Assembly (NCBI GenBank): GCA_020444175.1
Contig: JAHLLM010000005.1
Location: 4,210-68,209, forward strand
From: Desulfobulbaceae bacterium
GTDB lineage: Bacteria; Desulfobacterota; Desulfobulbia; Desulfobulbales; SURF-16
DNA length: 64,000 nt
Direction of reading: 5' to 3'
The notes under the pieces were generated by a model. It searched no databases, was not told the origin of the DNA, and saw only the letters and a program-made list of their open reading frames with translations. Below, piece after piece: positions 1 to 10,415 of the stretch (position 1 is the stretch's first letter; each line of letters begins with the position of its first letter). Both the position numbers and the translations under genes were made by a program.

Positions 1-1
1 A

Positions 2-409
2 ATGTTGTTTTCCGACAAACAGTTGCGTGATGAAATAAACCGCAGGATGCACCCTCTGGTTCGGGACGAAATCCGGCGAATTATTGACGAGGAGAGTCGC
101 CTGCACGCAGTTGACCGTTTTCTTGTTGAGGTGCCTCTTCTTTTTGAGGCGAAATGGCAGGACATGTTTTCTGAGATTATTACGGTTTTTGCAGGAGAAA
201 GAAAATGTCTTGAAAGGGTGATGGCAAGGGATGGAGTTACTCTTGAATCAGCTGAAAATTCCATCAGCTCCCAGATGCCCCTCATGGAAAAGGCATTGTT
301 GTCTCAGTATGTTATCGAAAACAGTGGAACATGGTTTGAAACTTCATTGCAGTTGGTGCACCTTGGAAACCTTCTATGGAAGGGAAAAAAGGATACAAAA
401 AAATCTTGA
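2..409 (+). CDS. coaE: Dephospho-CoA kinase, C-terminal part (5' end lies outside the window)
   Basis: The ORF is open at the left window edge. The sequence (VEVPLLFE...VFAGERKCLERVMARDG...) fits the C-terminal two-thirds of the CoaE family. Confidence 0.75.
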   Translation: MLFSDKQLRDEINRRMHPLVRDEIRRIIDEESRLHAVDRFLVEVPLLFEAKWQDMFSEIITVFAGERKCLERVMARDGVTLESAENSISSQMPLMEKALLSQYVIENSGTWFETSLQLVHLGNLLWKGKKDTKKS

Positions 410-793
410 CAGTGGTCAAGAAATACATCATATGTATATCTATTAAAAAAATCCCTGATCCTTCCGTTTAGACGACGATTAAGACAATTCTTTATAATCA
501 TATATCATAATATCAACGAACTACCTGTTACGTCAAAATCAAATCTTTTTTCAATTTCATGCCCCGTTTCTATACTGGCTTATTAATTAATCAGTTTTGA
601 AATTGTTAGAGTTGATCCTTTAACTGTTGATTGTAGGTGTTTTTTGTGTGTAGTACCCTCTGCGGCATTCATTCATTTTTTACAAATTGTGAAGGTCTGG
701 GCGATTTATGACAAAGTACGTGCGTTCGCAACATCTTGAGTCATAACCATTTCCATAAAATTAAATATCTAGGTTGAGGAGTAGAAAAGGCAG

Positions 794-2050
794 ATGAATT
801 TAAGTGATCTAAAAGTAAAGAAGATCATCGAGTTGACACAGTTAGCAAAGGATCTTGGTGTTGAAGGTTTCAACTCAATGCGTAAGCAGGAATTGATCTT
901 CGCGATCATTAAGGCCAAGTCCAAGGACATGGAGAAAAACGGTGTTGTCAGAGGCAACGGCGTTCTTGAGGTTCTGCCTGACGGATTTGGTTTTCTTCGC
1001 TCTCCTGACTTTAATTATCTGCCCGGTCCGGATGATATTTATGTTTCTCCCTCGCAGATTCGCCGTTTAGGTCTGCGTACCGGTGACAGCGTTGACGGTC
1101 TGGTCAGATCCCCCAAGGAAGGCGAACGATATTTTGCCCTTTTGAAAGTAGAAAAAGTAAATTTCCAGTCACCTGAACTCGCCAAAAACAAGACCCTTTT
1201 CTCAAATCTTACACCTCTCCATCCTGATGAGCGTATCGTTCTTGAAAGTGACCCCGGTAATTTTTCAATGAGAATGATGGATATGATGTCTCCGATTGGG
1301 AAAGGACAGAGAGGACTCATCGTTGCACCGCCCAGAACCGGTAAAACTGTTCTGATTAAAGATATTGCCAACAGCATCACCAGAAACCATAAAGAAATTA
1401 TCCTCATCGTTCTGCTCATTGACGAGCGTCCTGAAGAGGTAACTGACATGGCCAGGAGCGTCAATGCCGAGGTCATCAGCTCCACCTTTGACGAGCCGCC
1501 CCAGCGTCATATTCAGGTGGCTGAAATGGTGCTTGAAAAGGCAAAACGACTTGTAGAGCACAAATACGATGTTGTTATCCTTCTTGACAGTCTGACCCGC
1601 CTGGCGCGGGCTTATAATACGGTTATTCCCTCCAGCGGCAAGATTCTCTCCGGTGGTGTTGACTCCAATGCCCTGCATCGGCCCAAGCGTTTTTTCGGGG
1701 CAGCCCGAAATATTGAAGAAGGCGGCAGCCTGACAATCATGGCCTCAGCCCTGATCGAAACCGGCAGCAGAATGGATGAGGTTATCTTCGAGGAGTTCAA
1801 GGGAACCGGTAACATGGAGATAGTGCTTGACCGCAAAATGGCAAACCGCCGTCTTTATCCTGCCATGGATATGAACCGCTCCGGAACCAGAAAAGAAGAT
1901 CTGCTTCTCTCTGATGATGCAATCAATCGCACCTGGATTCTCAGGAAGCTTCTTTCTCAGATGAACCCTGCTGATGCCATGGAATTTATGCTCGATAAAA
2001 TGAAGGGTACAAAAACGAATCAGGAGTTTTTTGATTTAATGAACGGCTGA
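794..2050 (+). CDS. rho: Transcription termination factor Rho
   Basis: 418 aa. N-terminal Rho RNA-binding region ([14 protein letters not shown]), Walker A motif ([15 protein letters not shown]), and collinear with Rho throughout. GGAG lies upstream of the ATG. Confidence 0.97.
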   Translation: MNLSDLKVKKIIELTQLAKDLGVEGFNSMRKQELIFAIIKAKSKDMEKNGVVRGNGVLEVLPDGFGFLRSPDFNYLPGPDDIYVSPSQIRRLGLRTGDSVDGLVRSPKEGERYFALLKVEKVNFQSPELAKNKTLFSNLTPLHPDERIVLESDPGNFSMRMMDMMSPIGKGQRGLIVAPPRTGKTVLIKDIANSITRNHKEIILIVLLIDERPEEVTDMARSVNAEVISSTFDEPPQRHIQVAEMVLEKAKRLVEHKYDVVILLDSLTRLARAYNTVIPSSGKILSGGVDSNALHRPKRFFGAARNIEEGGSLTIMASALIETGSRMDEVIFEEFKGTGNMEIVLDRKMANRRLYPAMDMNRSGTRKEDLLLSDDAINRTWILRKLLSQMNPADAMEFMLDKMKGTKTNQEFFDLMNG

Positions 2051-2362
2051 TCGCTTTACACGACAAACGGTCTCTTTCAATTTTATCAGAAGTGAAAGAC
2101 AGGGAAAATACTCAAGTTGGCAGTGCTGACCTGCTCAACTGCGGAGTGTGAGAGTTCTGGTCCTGCCTGCATAAAATCTTGCAAAAAAATGCTCCGTCGT
2201 TTATAGAATACTGTTTTCCGAAAAAAATTGAGTAACTCTCATGTCCAATCTTGCGTTAGGGCATTTTTCCTGCCTTGGCTCAGTAATTAGAAAATATGTT
2301 GATGGGCCCCTTGTCATGGTGCTGTCAGCTTACTATTGTTTTAGAACTGGAGGTTATAGATA

Positions 2363-2575
2363 ATGAAAAAAGATATCCATCCCGAATATCATAATATTAA
2401 AGCGCAATGCGCCTGTGGCAACGAAGTGGAGTTCGGCAGCGTGCTGACCGAGATGAAGGTTGAGATCTGCTCTGCCTGTCATCCCTTTTTTACCGGTAAA
2501 CAAAAGCTTGTTGATACAGCGGGCCGTGTAGAAAAGTTCCTGAAAAAATACGGTCGTACAATGGACAACAAATAA
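2363..2575 (+). CDS. rpmE: 50S ribosomal protein L31 (Zn-ribbon type)
   Basis: 70 aa starting MKKDIHPEY, with Cys pairs CAC...CSAC and HPFFTGKQK, typical of L31. GGAGG RBS. Confidence 0.95.
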   Translation: MKKDIHPEYHNIKAQCACGNEVEFGSVLTEMKVEICSACHPFFTGKQKLVDTAGRVEKFLKKYGRTMDNK

Positions 2576-2722
2576 GCCTCTTTGCGGCTTATCAAAAATC
2601 TCCATCTACCGCGCTGCTAGGTCTTTGTGGCGCATTATGGCTGCTGCTTCATTGGCGGTGCCTGGTAGCTGGAGTTTTTTTATTTTCTGTTCCGGACTTT
2701 TTTTTGGACAGGTACCATAATT

Positions 2723-3790
2723 ATGTTTGCCCAGTTTGAAAATATTGATGAAAAGCTCCTTGAGCTTGAAGGAAAACTGTCAGACCCGTCTGTGCTCAGT
2801 AACCAGGATGAGTACAGCAAAGTGGCCAGAGAGCATTCCCGCGTTTCCAAGCTCCATGAACTGTACCATAAATACAAACGGGTTGAGCAGGAACTGACGG
2901 AAAGCCAGGAGCTTCTTCAGGAAGAAGATGACGAGGAAATGCGTGAACTCGCCAAAAGCGAGGTTGCGGACTTAACCGAGAAGTCGAAAACCCTTGAGCA
3001 GGATCTGCGGATAATGCTGTTGCCCAGAGATCCCAATGATGAGAAGAACATTCTCCTTGAGATCAGGGCAGGTACCGGCGGCGATGAAGCAGCTCTTTTT
3101 GTCAGCGACCTGTTCAGGATGTATTCCAAATTTGCCGAAACCATGGGCTGGAAAGTTGAGATCATGAGCAGCAATCCCATTGGAATCGGGGGATTTAAGG
3201 AAATTATTGCTTTAATCAGCGGCAATCAGGTGTACAGCCAGTTGAAATATGAGTCCGGCGTGCATCGCGTGCAACGTGTTCCTGAAACGGAAACCCAGGG
3301 TAGAATTCACACATCTGCGGTTACCGTGGCTGTTATTCCTGAAGCCGAAGAGGTGGAACTGCATATCGAGCCCAATGAATTAAGGTTTGATGTATTCCGT
3401 TCTTCAGGTCCCGGCGGTCAGAGCGTCAATACCACTGATTCGGCCGTGCGCATTACCCATATTCCCACCGGTCTTGTTGTTACCTGTCAGGATGAAAAAT
3501 CCCAGCACAAGAATAAGGCAAAGGCCTTAACCGTTATGCGGGCCCGTCTCCTGGACCAGATTCAGCAGGAGCAGCATGACCGCATTTCGGAAGAGCGTAA
3601 AAGCCAGGTGGGCAGCGGCGACCGCAGTGAAAGAATACGTACCTACAACTTCCCCCAGGGACGGCTGACTGATCATCGTATAAATTTGACTCTTTACAAA
3701 CTCGAAGATATTATGATTGGTAAGTTGCATTTTGTTATTGATCCTTTAATTGCTCATTATCAGGCAGAGACATTAAAAACTCTTCAGTAA
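2723..3790 (+). CDS. prfA: Peptide chain release factor 1
   Basis: 355 aa with the PET-type recognition region ([10 protein letters not shown]) and the GGQ motif ([20 protein letters not shown]). Confidence 0.97.
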   Translation: MFAQFENIDEKLLELEGKLSDPSVLSNQDEYSKVAREHSRVSKLHELYHKYKRVEQELTESQELLQEEDDEEMRELAKSEVADLTEKSKTLEQDLRIMLLPRDPNDEKNILLEIRAGTGGDEAALFVSDLFRMYSKFAETMGWKVEIMSSNPIGIGGFKEIIALISGNQVYSQLKYESGVHRVQRVPETETQGRIHTSAVTVAVIPEAEEVELHIEPNELRFDVFRSSGPGGQSVNTTDSAVRITHIPTGLVVTCQDEKSQHKNKAKALTVMRARLLDQIQQEQHDRISEERKSQVGSGDRSERIRTYNFPQGRLTDHRINLTLYKLEDIMIGKLHFVIDPLIAHYQAETLKTLQ

Positions 3791-3851
3791 ACACTATGGT
3801 TCCCAGTCTTATGCCTCTGGTGTGTCAAACCATCACCAGGGGCGCATAAAA

Positions 3852-4709
3852 ATGAAAGCATTAGATCTCTATCAAAGTGGACTGCAAAGGCTGAAAGAAG
3901 CCGATGTCCCGGATGCCGAGATAGAGTCCTCCCTTCTTGTAGGACATCTTTTAAACCTTTCCAGAGCGCAGGTTTTTCTTCATGAAGAAGAACTTTCTGC
4001 CAATCTTATTGATACGTTTGAGGAGAATCTTGCCCGCAGGCTGCAACGCGAGCCACTTGCCTATATTCTTGAAGAGCAGGAATTCTGGTCGCTTCCTTTT
4101 TTTGTAAATAAAGATGTTCTGGTGCCAAGACCGGAGACCGAGCTTCTTCTGGAGATTGCCTTGCAGGTTCTGAAGGGGGAAGGGCAGGAGCTGCGTGGTT
4201 CTCTTCTTGATATGGGAACAGGAAGCGGCGTAATTTCCATCGTTCTCGCCCTGGAGCTTCCCGAGTTTCATGTTTACAGCCTTGATCTTTCCATTGCAGC
4301 TCAAGCTGTTGCCAAAAAAAATGCCGAGCGACACGGGGTGGCGGATCGCATTGCTTTTATCAATTCGCATTGGCTCAGCGCCTTGCGTTCCCAGCCAAAT
4401 TTTGAACTGATCGTCAGCAACCCCCCTTACGTTGCCAGGGAGTCATTTGAGGGGCTGGAGCCTGAAGTAAGTCATTTTGAGCCGAGACTGGCTCTTGACG
4501 GAGGTAAAAAAGGTGTTGAAGAGATTCAGTCTTTTGCAACTGAGATATCTTCGGTTTTGAAGCTGGGCGGACGTTTCTTTATGGAGATCGGTGCTGACCA
4601 GGGTGATTTTGTCATGGATCTTTTTTCCGGGTTCCCTGAATTTGACAGTCTCTGCGTTTACGAGGATTACGCAGGATTGCCAAGGATTTTCCACGCCCGG
4701 CGTTCGTAA
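3852..4709 (+). CDS. prmC: Release factor glutamine N5-methyltransferase PrmC/HemK
   Basis: SAM-binding motif DMGTGSGV and catalytic NPPY, directly downstream of prfA. The ORF opens at GTG 3822; I prefer ATG 3852, but the start is uncertain. Confidence 0.88.
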   Translation: MKALDLYQSGLQRLKEADVPDAEIESSLLVGHLLNLSRAQVFLHEEELSANLIDTFEENLARRLQREPLAYILEEQEFWSLPFFVNKDVLVPRPETELLLEIALQVLKGEGQELRGSLLDMGTGSGVISIVLALELPEFHVYSLDLSIAAQAVAKKNAERHGVADRIAFINSHWLSALRSQPNFELIVSNPPYVARESFEGLEPEVSHFEPRLALDGGKKGVEEIQSFATEISSVLKLGGRFFMEIGADQGDFVMDLFSGFPEFDSLCVYEDYAGLPRIFHARRS

Positions 4710-4815
4710 TATGATTTGGATTGCGGAGTGCCGAGTTTGAAGTTACGGTACTTGTCTTGTTCCGGACTTTCCCTTCCTGTAAAACTGTAACTTTAAATTT
4801 CTTAGTGATAAAACC

Positions 4816-6075
4816 ATGGATAAAATTGTCATTGAAGGCGGATTGCCGCTCGAAGGCGAAATTAAAATAAGTGGTGCCAAAAACGGTGCCCTGCCCATTA
4901 TCGCCGCAACGCTGCTCTGTCCCGGCACGCATATCATTCATAACGTTCCCGACCTGCGGGATATCCGCACGATTCTTCAGCTCATGGAAACCTTTGGTAT
5001 TACCTGGGAAAAGGCTGACACCAACACTCTTGCCATTAATTCCGATAATGTCTCCAGCTTTGAAGCTTCGTATGATCTTGTTAAAACAATGCGCGCCTCT
5101 GTTCTGGTGCTGGGGCCTCTGCTTGCCCGCCTGGGGCAGGCAAGGGTGTCGTTGCCCGGTGGATGCGCCATCGGAGCCCGGCCCATTGATTTTCACATGC
5201 AGGGCCTCCAGAAGCTTGGGGCGCAGCTTGAGCTTGAACAGGGATACGTGGATGCAAAGGTGAACGGAACGTTACGGGGAAACGCTGTTTATTTTGATAT
5301 TCCTTCGGTCACGGGTACTGAAAATATTCTGATGGCCGCTGTTCTTGCCGAGGGTGAGACTGTTATTAAAAATGCTGCCCGCGAGCCTGAAATAGCAAAT
5401 CTCATTGATATGTTGACCCGGATGGGGGCAAAGATAGAAGGACGGAATACAGACAGGCTGGTTGTGCGCGGGGTCAAGAAGCTTGTGCCGGCAGAGATAG
5501 AGATCATCCCGGACAGGATAGAGACCGGCACCTTTCTGGTAGCTGTCGGCGCGGCAGGGGGCGATGTCAATCTCACCAACTGTGATCCCGCCCTGCTGCC
5601 GTCCCTTTTTGATAAACTGCGCAACACAGGGCTTTATCTTAAAGAGGATAAAAACAGTATTCGGGTCATTCGCTCCGGTCCCCTGAAAAGCGTTGATATC
5701 AAGACAATGCCTTACCCCGGCTTTCCCACCGACCTCCAGGCCCAGATGATGGCCCTGATGACTTTGACAGAGGGCTTGAGCGTTATTCACGAGAATATTT
5801 TTGAGAACCGCTTCATGCATGTGGCTGAGCTGAAAAGAATGGGCGCGGATATCAGAGTTGATGGAGGACGTGCCATTGTCAAAGGGCATGGCAAGTTGAA
5901 CGGAGCCCAGGTAATGGCCACTGATTTACGGGCCAGCGCCTCACTTGTTATTGCCGGGCTTGCTGCCCAGGGTATAACCGAGGTTTCCAGGGTCTATCAT
6001 CTTGACCGGGGCTACGATGATATTGTCGGCAAATTATCCGCTGTGGGCGCAAAAATATGGCGGGAGAAAGAGTAG
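4816..6075 (+). CDS. murA: UDP-N-acetylglucosamine 1-carboxyvinyltransferase
   Basis: 419 aa starting [20 protein letters not shown], with the active-site loop [13 protein letters not shown]. Full-length MurA pattern. Confidence 0.97.
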   Translation: MDKIVIEGGLPLEGEIKISGAKNGALPIIAATLLCPGTHIIHNVPDLRDIRTILQLMETFGITWEKADTNTLAINSDNVSSFEASYDLVKTMRASVLVLGPLLARLGQARVSLPGGCAIGARPIDFHMQGLQKLGAQLELEQGYVDAKVNGTLRGNAVYFDIPSVTGTENILMAAVLAEGETVIKNAAREPEIANLIDMLTRMGAKIEGRNTDRLVVRGVKKLVPAEIEIIPDRIETGTFLVAVGAAGGDVNLTNCDPALLPSLFDKLRNTGLYLKEDKNSIRVIRSGPLKSVDIKTMPYPGFPTDLQAQMMALMTLTEGLSVIHENIFENRFMHVAELKRMGADIRVDGGRAIVKGHGKLNGAQVMATDLRASASLVIAGLAAQGITEVSRVYHLDRGYDDIVGKLSAVGAKIWREKE

Positions 6076-6301
6076 GGACGGCAATTGATAATTGATAATG
6101 AATAATTGATTATCAATTTGTTCCAAATTGCTTAATAGTTCCAGCGCACTCAAAGAGAAAAGTCTGTTTAAAGCCGCTATGAAACGTTTGTGCTAGCTGA
6201 TATCACAGAAGAGGAGCACATCTTCATGATTGAAGCGGACATTTTTGCGGTTGTTGTCAAAGCTCCCGTATTCTGCTGCCGCCAGCGAAAATGATGTCTA
6301 T

Positions 6302-9300
6302 TTAGCGCCCAAAAGCCGCGGCAAACTCTTTAGGTCCAACGGTATTGGTCATATCAGCAAGTTGCCGGGCAAAGATGGCCAGATCCAGGCCGTCCACCCA
6401 GCCGTCGCCGTCCAGATCACATATTTTGGGGATATATTCAAATGCCCCTATATCATAATAGTTATAAAGACCTCCTCCTTTGTTCGGTTCCACATTTGGA
6501 TCATCCACCCGGTCATTTCCCTCAAAATCCTGATCCGGCGCTCCGTCACTGGTCCCTGCGTCGATATTCGGTGAAGAGGATCGTAAATGATAATCTCCAT
6601 TGGCCGCATCGGTAAAAAGCGGATCAATCGAAAGGCCATCGGCAGTAAAACCCACATAGTCATAAACGGAATTAGACCAAACATTGTTAAAAGCCGCGGT
6701 TGGTTCGGTTGTTCCGGTGCTTGTTATGCCGTTATTGCCATTGACTGCAACGACATTATTTTTGATTACCACTCCCTCGCCGTCAGCCAAGGCGATGCCG
6801 TCCCGGCCGTTAAAAACACAGGTGTTGTTATATATGGCAGCTGATACACCGGCAAAGAGATGTATGCCGTCATGGTCGTTGCGGGAAATCACATTGTTTT
6901 CAATTATGAGTGACGAATTGGAGTCTCCTGCGACTCCGTGTCCGTCAGTATCCTGCAGCGCAATGGTATTTGAAATAATGTTATTGCGTATGTCAACTAT
7001 TGAGTTGTCACATAATATCCCAGCGGAGGTGCCGCCACTTATGGAAAAGCCTGAGATTTCGCCATGGCTCATGTTCCGGCAATGCACGGCAGAACTCGTT
7101 GCCGTGCTTGCGTCAATGATCGTATTCTCAGCCCTGTGGCCGATGAGAGAGATGCTTTTATCGATAGAAATATTTTCCTGATACGTGCCGGGAGCGACAA
7201 GGACCGTGTCGTTGTCGGCTGCCACGAGGATTCCTGTCTGAATCGTGTTAAATGGATGAACGGCAGAGCCGTCGATAGTGCCTGATGAATTTCCTATATC
7301 AACATATATCTCACCGGGAGCCGGAGTGTCGGCGCAATTATCCGGCTGCGTCCCGCCCAGGTATTCCCTCAGGTTGCAGTACCCGTCCCCGTCCTTGTCG
7401 TCAAAGGCGTCATACAATGACGGATTCAGACCATGATCATATTCCCAGCCATTGGGCATGCCATCCAAATCTTTATCCCCGTCCCTGGGACTGAAGTCAG
7501 CATGAATGGAATGATCGGCGGAAACATCCGTAAAAACATATGTTGATTGCGAACCGATCGACACATTGTCAACCAGAACCCGATCAATATAATAGCCGTC
7601 ATTCGGACTGATAAAATATTGCTTGTCTTCGCCAGCCCCAACAAGACTCGCGTTTGCCGGGGCGATAGTGCCGTGGTCAGCCGCTGTGGGGGTTATGGTG
7701 TAATAATTTATTGTTTCGGAAAATTTTGCCCAAATGGAATGATCACCACTTAGGTCCTCAAAGGTGTATTGGGAAACTGCTCCCTGGGAAACATTATCCA
7801 CCAGCACATATTCAATCTGATATCCAGCATCGGGAGTGATATAAAAAGTCTTGGTTTCTCCAGCCTTAATATAGAGAATGCCGTCAGGCGATATGCTTCC
7901 ATTCCCCACGGTTAAGACGGAAATATTATAAATAACGAAGTTTGTAGCAAAATTAACCTGAATCTCATGGCTTGAAGTCACATTTTCAAAGGTATAGCCG
8001 GTCGCTCCTGACGATGCTGGCTGCGGCACACCGTCTACTATTACTTCAGATACATAGTAATACTCATCCGGCGTAAAGGTAAATGCCTGGGAATCACCTT
8101 CCTTGACCGTAATCTTGCCGCTCGGGGAGATCGTGCCGTGTTGGCCCGCCGTGGTGGAAATAGTGTGGGTAATGGCGGAGAATTCCGCTTCAATCACATG
8201 GTCGCCGGCAATATTGATCAATTCATATTCCTCGGCCGGCTCAACATTTTCCCCGTCAACCAGTAAAGCGGAAACAAAATTACCCGCATCCGGGGTTATG
8301 GTGAATATCAGACTTTCTCCATGGTCGACGAGAATTTCTCCGGCCGGTGAAATAGATCCGCCAGGTCCTGCACCGGCGTGGACAGTATGTTTGCCGGGAG
8401 TAGCAAGAGCACAAAAACTGACCTGGATTTCATGATCAGAAGTCACGTTTTCCAGTGTATACCCGGCAGCCACTGACGGTTCCGTATACAGCACGCCGTC
8501 CACTATTACTCCGTACACATAGTAGCCCTCATCCGCTGTAAAGGTGAATGTCTGGGAGCCTCCGTCATTGACCGGAACGATACCGGCCGGGGATATGTCG
8601 CCGTGATACCCGGAAGTGGCGGAAATATTGTAGGTGATGGCCGAAAACTCAGCTTCAATCACATGATCGCCAAGAATATTAATAAATGCATATTCCTCGG
8701 ACGGCTCGACATTTTGGCCGTCAACCAGTAAGGCGGAAACAAAATTGCCAGGGTCAGGAGTTATGGTAAAAGTCAGGTTTTCACCATTGGTTACAGTGAT
8801 CTCCCCGGCCGGGGAGATAGAGCCGCCGGTTCCGGCACTGGCGAAGACAGTATGCTCTTCGAAAATGGTGTATATCTCTACACTGTTGCGACCTTGCGAA
8901 GCAATAAAAAGCCGATCGGATGCTCTGCCGATGGCAATCTCCATATTGGTCAACATGCGGTGATCCGGATCCCATACGGTTCCCAGAAAGTTTCCAGCGC
9001 TGGAAAATACCTGTACTGGTTCCTGGTAGGAATCAACGATAAAAATATTGCTGTCCCTGTCAATATCCACACCAATCGGCCTTGGCAGTTGCCCTTCTCC
9101 CAGAAGTTGTCCCGCCCCACCAAAACTTGACACAAAATTTCCTTCCAAGTCAAAGACCTGCACCCGATTGCTGCTTGAATAAAAATCAATAACGATCAAT
9201 TCGTCTGTGTTTTCGTCAACAGTAAGGGAAACAGGATAAACAAAACTTCCGTCCACTGAGTCCGAGCCATTGAAAGAATCCAGGAACGAGCCATCTTTTT

Positions 9301-9772
9301 CATACATTTTGACAACGAGCATATTGCTGTCAATTACATATATTTTGCCGTTTTCTCTGTTGTCAACTGCAATGGAAGCCGGGTCTACAAACTCGCCGTC
9401 TCCATCTCCGAGCTTGAAAAGGAGAGTGAAATCCTGGTCATAGACTTCCACATTTTTCCTGTTGCCATTTTTCCCATTACCGACGTATATTCTGCCATCC
9501 TCTCCCACCGCTATACTTTTCGGGGCATCAAGACCCGCGAGAGTTCCCTGCAACACTAACGAATTATCATATACCTGTATCCTGTTGTTCCCTGTCTGGA
9601 CAACATAAAGATTTTCATCCTCATCCAGGGCAACGGACACTGGCTCGTCTACGGCAATGGAGCCTGTCCTCTCGTAGCCCGCGAAGTTTTCGGCCCGAAG
9701 TGGCTGAATGGCACAGAAAAAATAAACCAGAAATACAGCCAATGACAAAAAAAGCTGAGTTTTGCTTCGCAT
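6302..9772 (-). CDS. Large secreted multidomain protein: signal peptide, NHL-type beta-propeller, 6 tandem ~75-aa Ig-like/InlB-B-repeat-like domains, TSP3-like Ca-binding linker, right-handed parallel beta-helix, C-terminal dockerin/EF-hand-like motif
   Basis: The ORF is 1163 aa. I prefer the second ATG (9772), which follows AAGGGA. Signal peptide MRSKTQLFLSLAVFLVYFFCAIQPLRA. Repeated YV.D..N.RIQVFD blades (aa ~40-310). Six tandem repeats (aa 314-768). DxDxDG-type stretch DGDKDLDGMPNGWE...DKDGDGYCN. PbH1-like repeats (NNIISN, ENNVISRNDHDGIHL, YNNTCVFNGRDGIAL, KNNVVAVNGNNGI). Tail motif CDLDGDGWVDGLDLAIFARQ. Confidence 0.85.
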   Translation of the reverse strand: MRSKTQLFLSLAVFLVYFFCAIQPLRAENFAGYERTGSIAVDEPVSVALDEDENLYVVQTGNNRIQVYDNSLVLQGTLAGLDAPKSIAVGEDGRIYVGNGKNGNRKNVEVYDQDFTLLFKLGDGDGEFVDPASIAVDNRENGKIYVIDSNMLVVKMYEKDGSFLDSFNGSDSVDGSFVYPVSLTVDENTDELIVIDFYSSSNRVQVFDLEGNFVSSFGGAGQLLGEGQLPRPIGVDIDRDSNIFIVDSYQEPVQVFSSAGNFLGTVWDPDHRMLTNMEIAIGRASDRLFIASQGRNSVEIYTIFEEHTVFASAGTGGSISPAGEITVTNGENLTFTITPDPGNFVSALLVDGQNVEPSEEYAFINILGDHVIEAEFSAITYNISATSGYHGDISPAGIVPVNDGGSQTFTFTADEGYYVYGVIVDGVLYTEPSVAAGYTLENVTSDHEIQVSFCALATPGKHTVHAGAGPGGSISPAGEILVDHGESLIFTITPDAGNFVSALLVDGENVEPAEEYELINIAGDHVIEAEFSAITHTISTTAGQHGTISPSGKITVKEGDSQAFTFTPDEYYYVSEVIVDGVPQPASSGATGYTFENVTSSHEIQVNFATNFVIYNISVLTVGNGSISPDGILYIKAGETKTFYITPDAGYQIEYVLVDNVSQGAVSQYTFEDLSGDHSIWAKFSETINYYTITPTAADHGTIAPANASLVGAGEDKQYFISPNDGYYIDRVLVDNVSIGSQSTYVFTDVSADHSIHADFSPRDGDKDLDGMPNGWEYDHGLNPSLYDAFDDKDGDGYCNLREYLGGTQPDNCADTPAPGEIYVDIGNSSGTIDGSAVHPFNTIQTGILVAADNDTVLVAPGTYQENISIDKSISLIGHRAENTIIDASTATSSAVHCRNMSHGEISGFSISGGTSAGILCDNSIVDIRNNIISNTIALQDTDGHGVAGDSNSSLIIENNVISRNDHDGIHLFAGVSAAIYNNTCVFNGRDGIALADGEGVVIKNNVVAVNGNNGITSTGTTEPTAAFNNVWSNSVYDYVGFTADGLSIDPLFTDAANGDYHLRSSSPNIDAGTSDGAPDQDFEGNDRVDDPNVEPNKGGGLYNYYDIGAFEYIPKICDLDGDGWVDGLDLAIFARQLADMTNTVGPKEFAAAFGR
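7490..8854 (-). repeat. Intragenic tandem array of six ~75-aa domain repeats (R1-R6); R1-R2 and R3-R4 form a duplicated two-domain unit
   Basis: R1 (aa 314-386) and R3 (aa 469-541) differ at 14 of 73 residues (~81% identical). R2 and R4 are ~60% identical. R5 and R6 are more diverged copies (G.ISP.G...V..G....F.I.PD.GY.....VD......Y.F..V..DH.I.A.F). Confidence 0.8.
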
Positions 9773-10415
9773 TACAGTCCCTTTATATCTCAATGGATAA
9801 CCCTATTGGTCCTTTAGGAAACAGAAATTTTTTTTAAACACAGAATGTTGAATAAATAAGACCCTGCTCAGTACATTGATGAATCTGCCGGAGTGTTCAG
9901 TGGTGCTGTTTTCAAATACGCATGTGGGGGAATTTTTGCTGCAGCATTCATACTCTCTCCATTTGATAAGTTGGAGAGTGAATTAAATCCAATAAAATCA
10001 AAAACGACAGTGAAAGTGAAACACGCCAGGGTGTTGGTCCTTCCTGTCGCTCTCTTTGATGGTTTCTACATCAAACTTAAAACTTACGCAGCAATTTTAA
10101 TACTGATACAATTTCCATGCCACGTGTTGTGGTGTGTTAGCGTAAACGCAATTTCAGTGAGTTAGGTCGTGGGGAAATACAGTCGGGAAGGAAAAGTGAT
10201 ACAAAATTCCTTTTTTCCGGAACGTTTTTTCGGAAAATAAGAAGATTGGATTAATCCAGGAAGTTTTGACAAAATCGTAAAAAATACGATTTCACCTGGT
10301 TCAGTTTTCTTAACTTGTTGGTTGAGGTGTTGCTTCGGCTTGTTTGGGTAGTTTTTTAGCCTCACAGGACATGTATATGAGACTATTAACTATTCAGATC
10401 CAAAAGATTTTTGGG

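Noticed and set aside
2176-2190. Shared 15-mer CTTGCAAAAAAATGC at 2176 and 17881, considered as a common promoter motif
   Set aside because: It is dominated by an A-run, and one such match is expected by chance. No consistent -10 element follows the second copy.
2688-2700. Identical 13-mer TGTTCCGGACTTT upstream of both prfA (2688-2700) and murA (4758-4770), considered as a shared regulatory site
   Set aside because: A single 13-nt match within 64 kb is within chance expectation (tens of such pairs are expected). The distances to the two start codons also differ.
4612-5889. Long minus-strand ORFs (194 aa at 4612-5196 and 205 aa at 5272-5889) antisense to murA
   Set aside because: They lie entirely within the strongly supported murA CDS. 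The sequences are low-complexity or Arg/Gly/Pro-rich, as is typical of antisense frames, and I recognise no motifs.
6083-6118. AT-rich palindrome AATTGATAAT...ATTATCAATT after murA, considered as an element or operator
   Set aside because: It is most simply a weak convergent terminator hairpin between murA and the giant gene. It is a single copy in the window.
7490-8854. Regularly spaced repeats considered as a possible CRISPR-like or satellite array
   Set aside because: The repeats are ~225 nt, in frame, and encode protein domains within one continuous ORF. There is no short direct repeat/spacer organisation anywhere in the window.
9893-10365. ORFs of 90 aa (plus strand) and 67 aa (minus strand) in the 620-nt gap upstream of the giant gene
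   Set aside because: Neither has an RBS. Composition is odd, there are no motifs, and the region is more likely promoter or leader.
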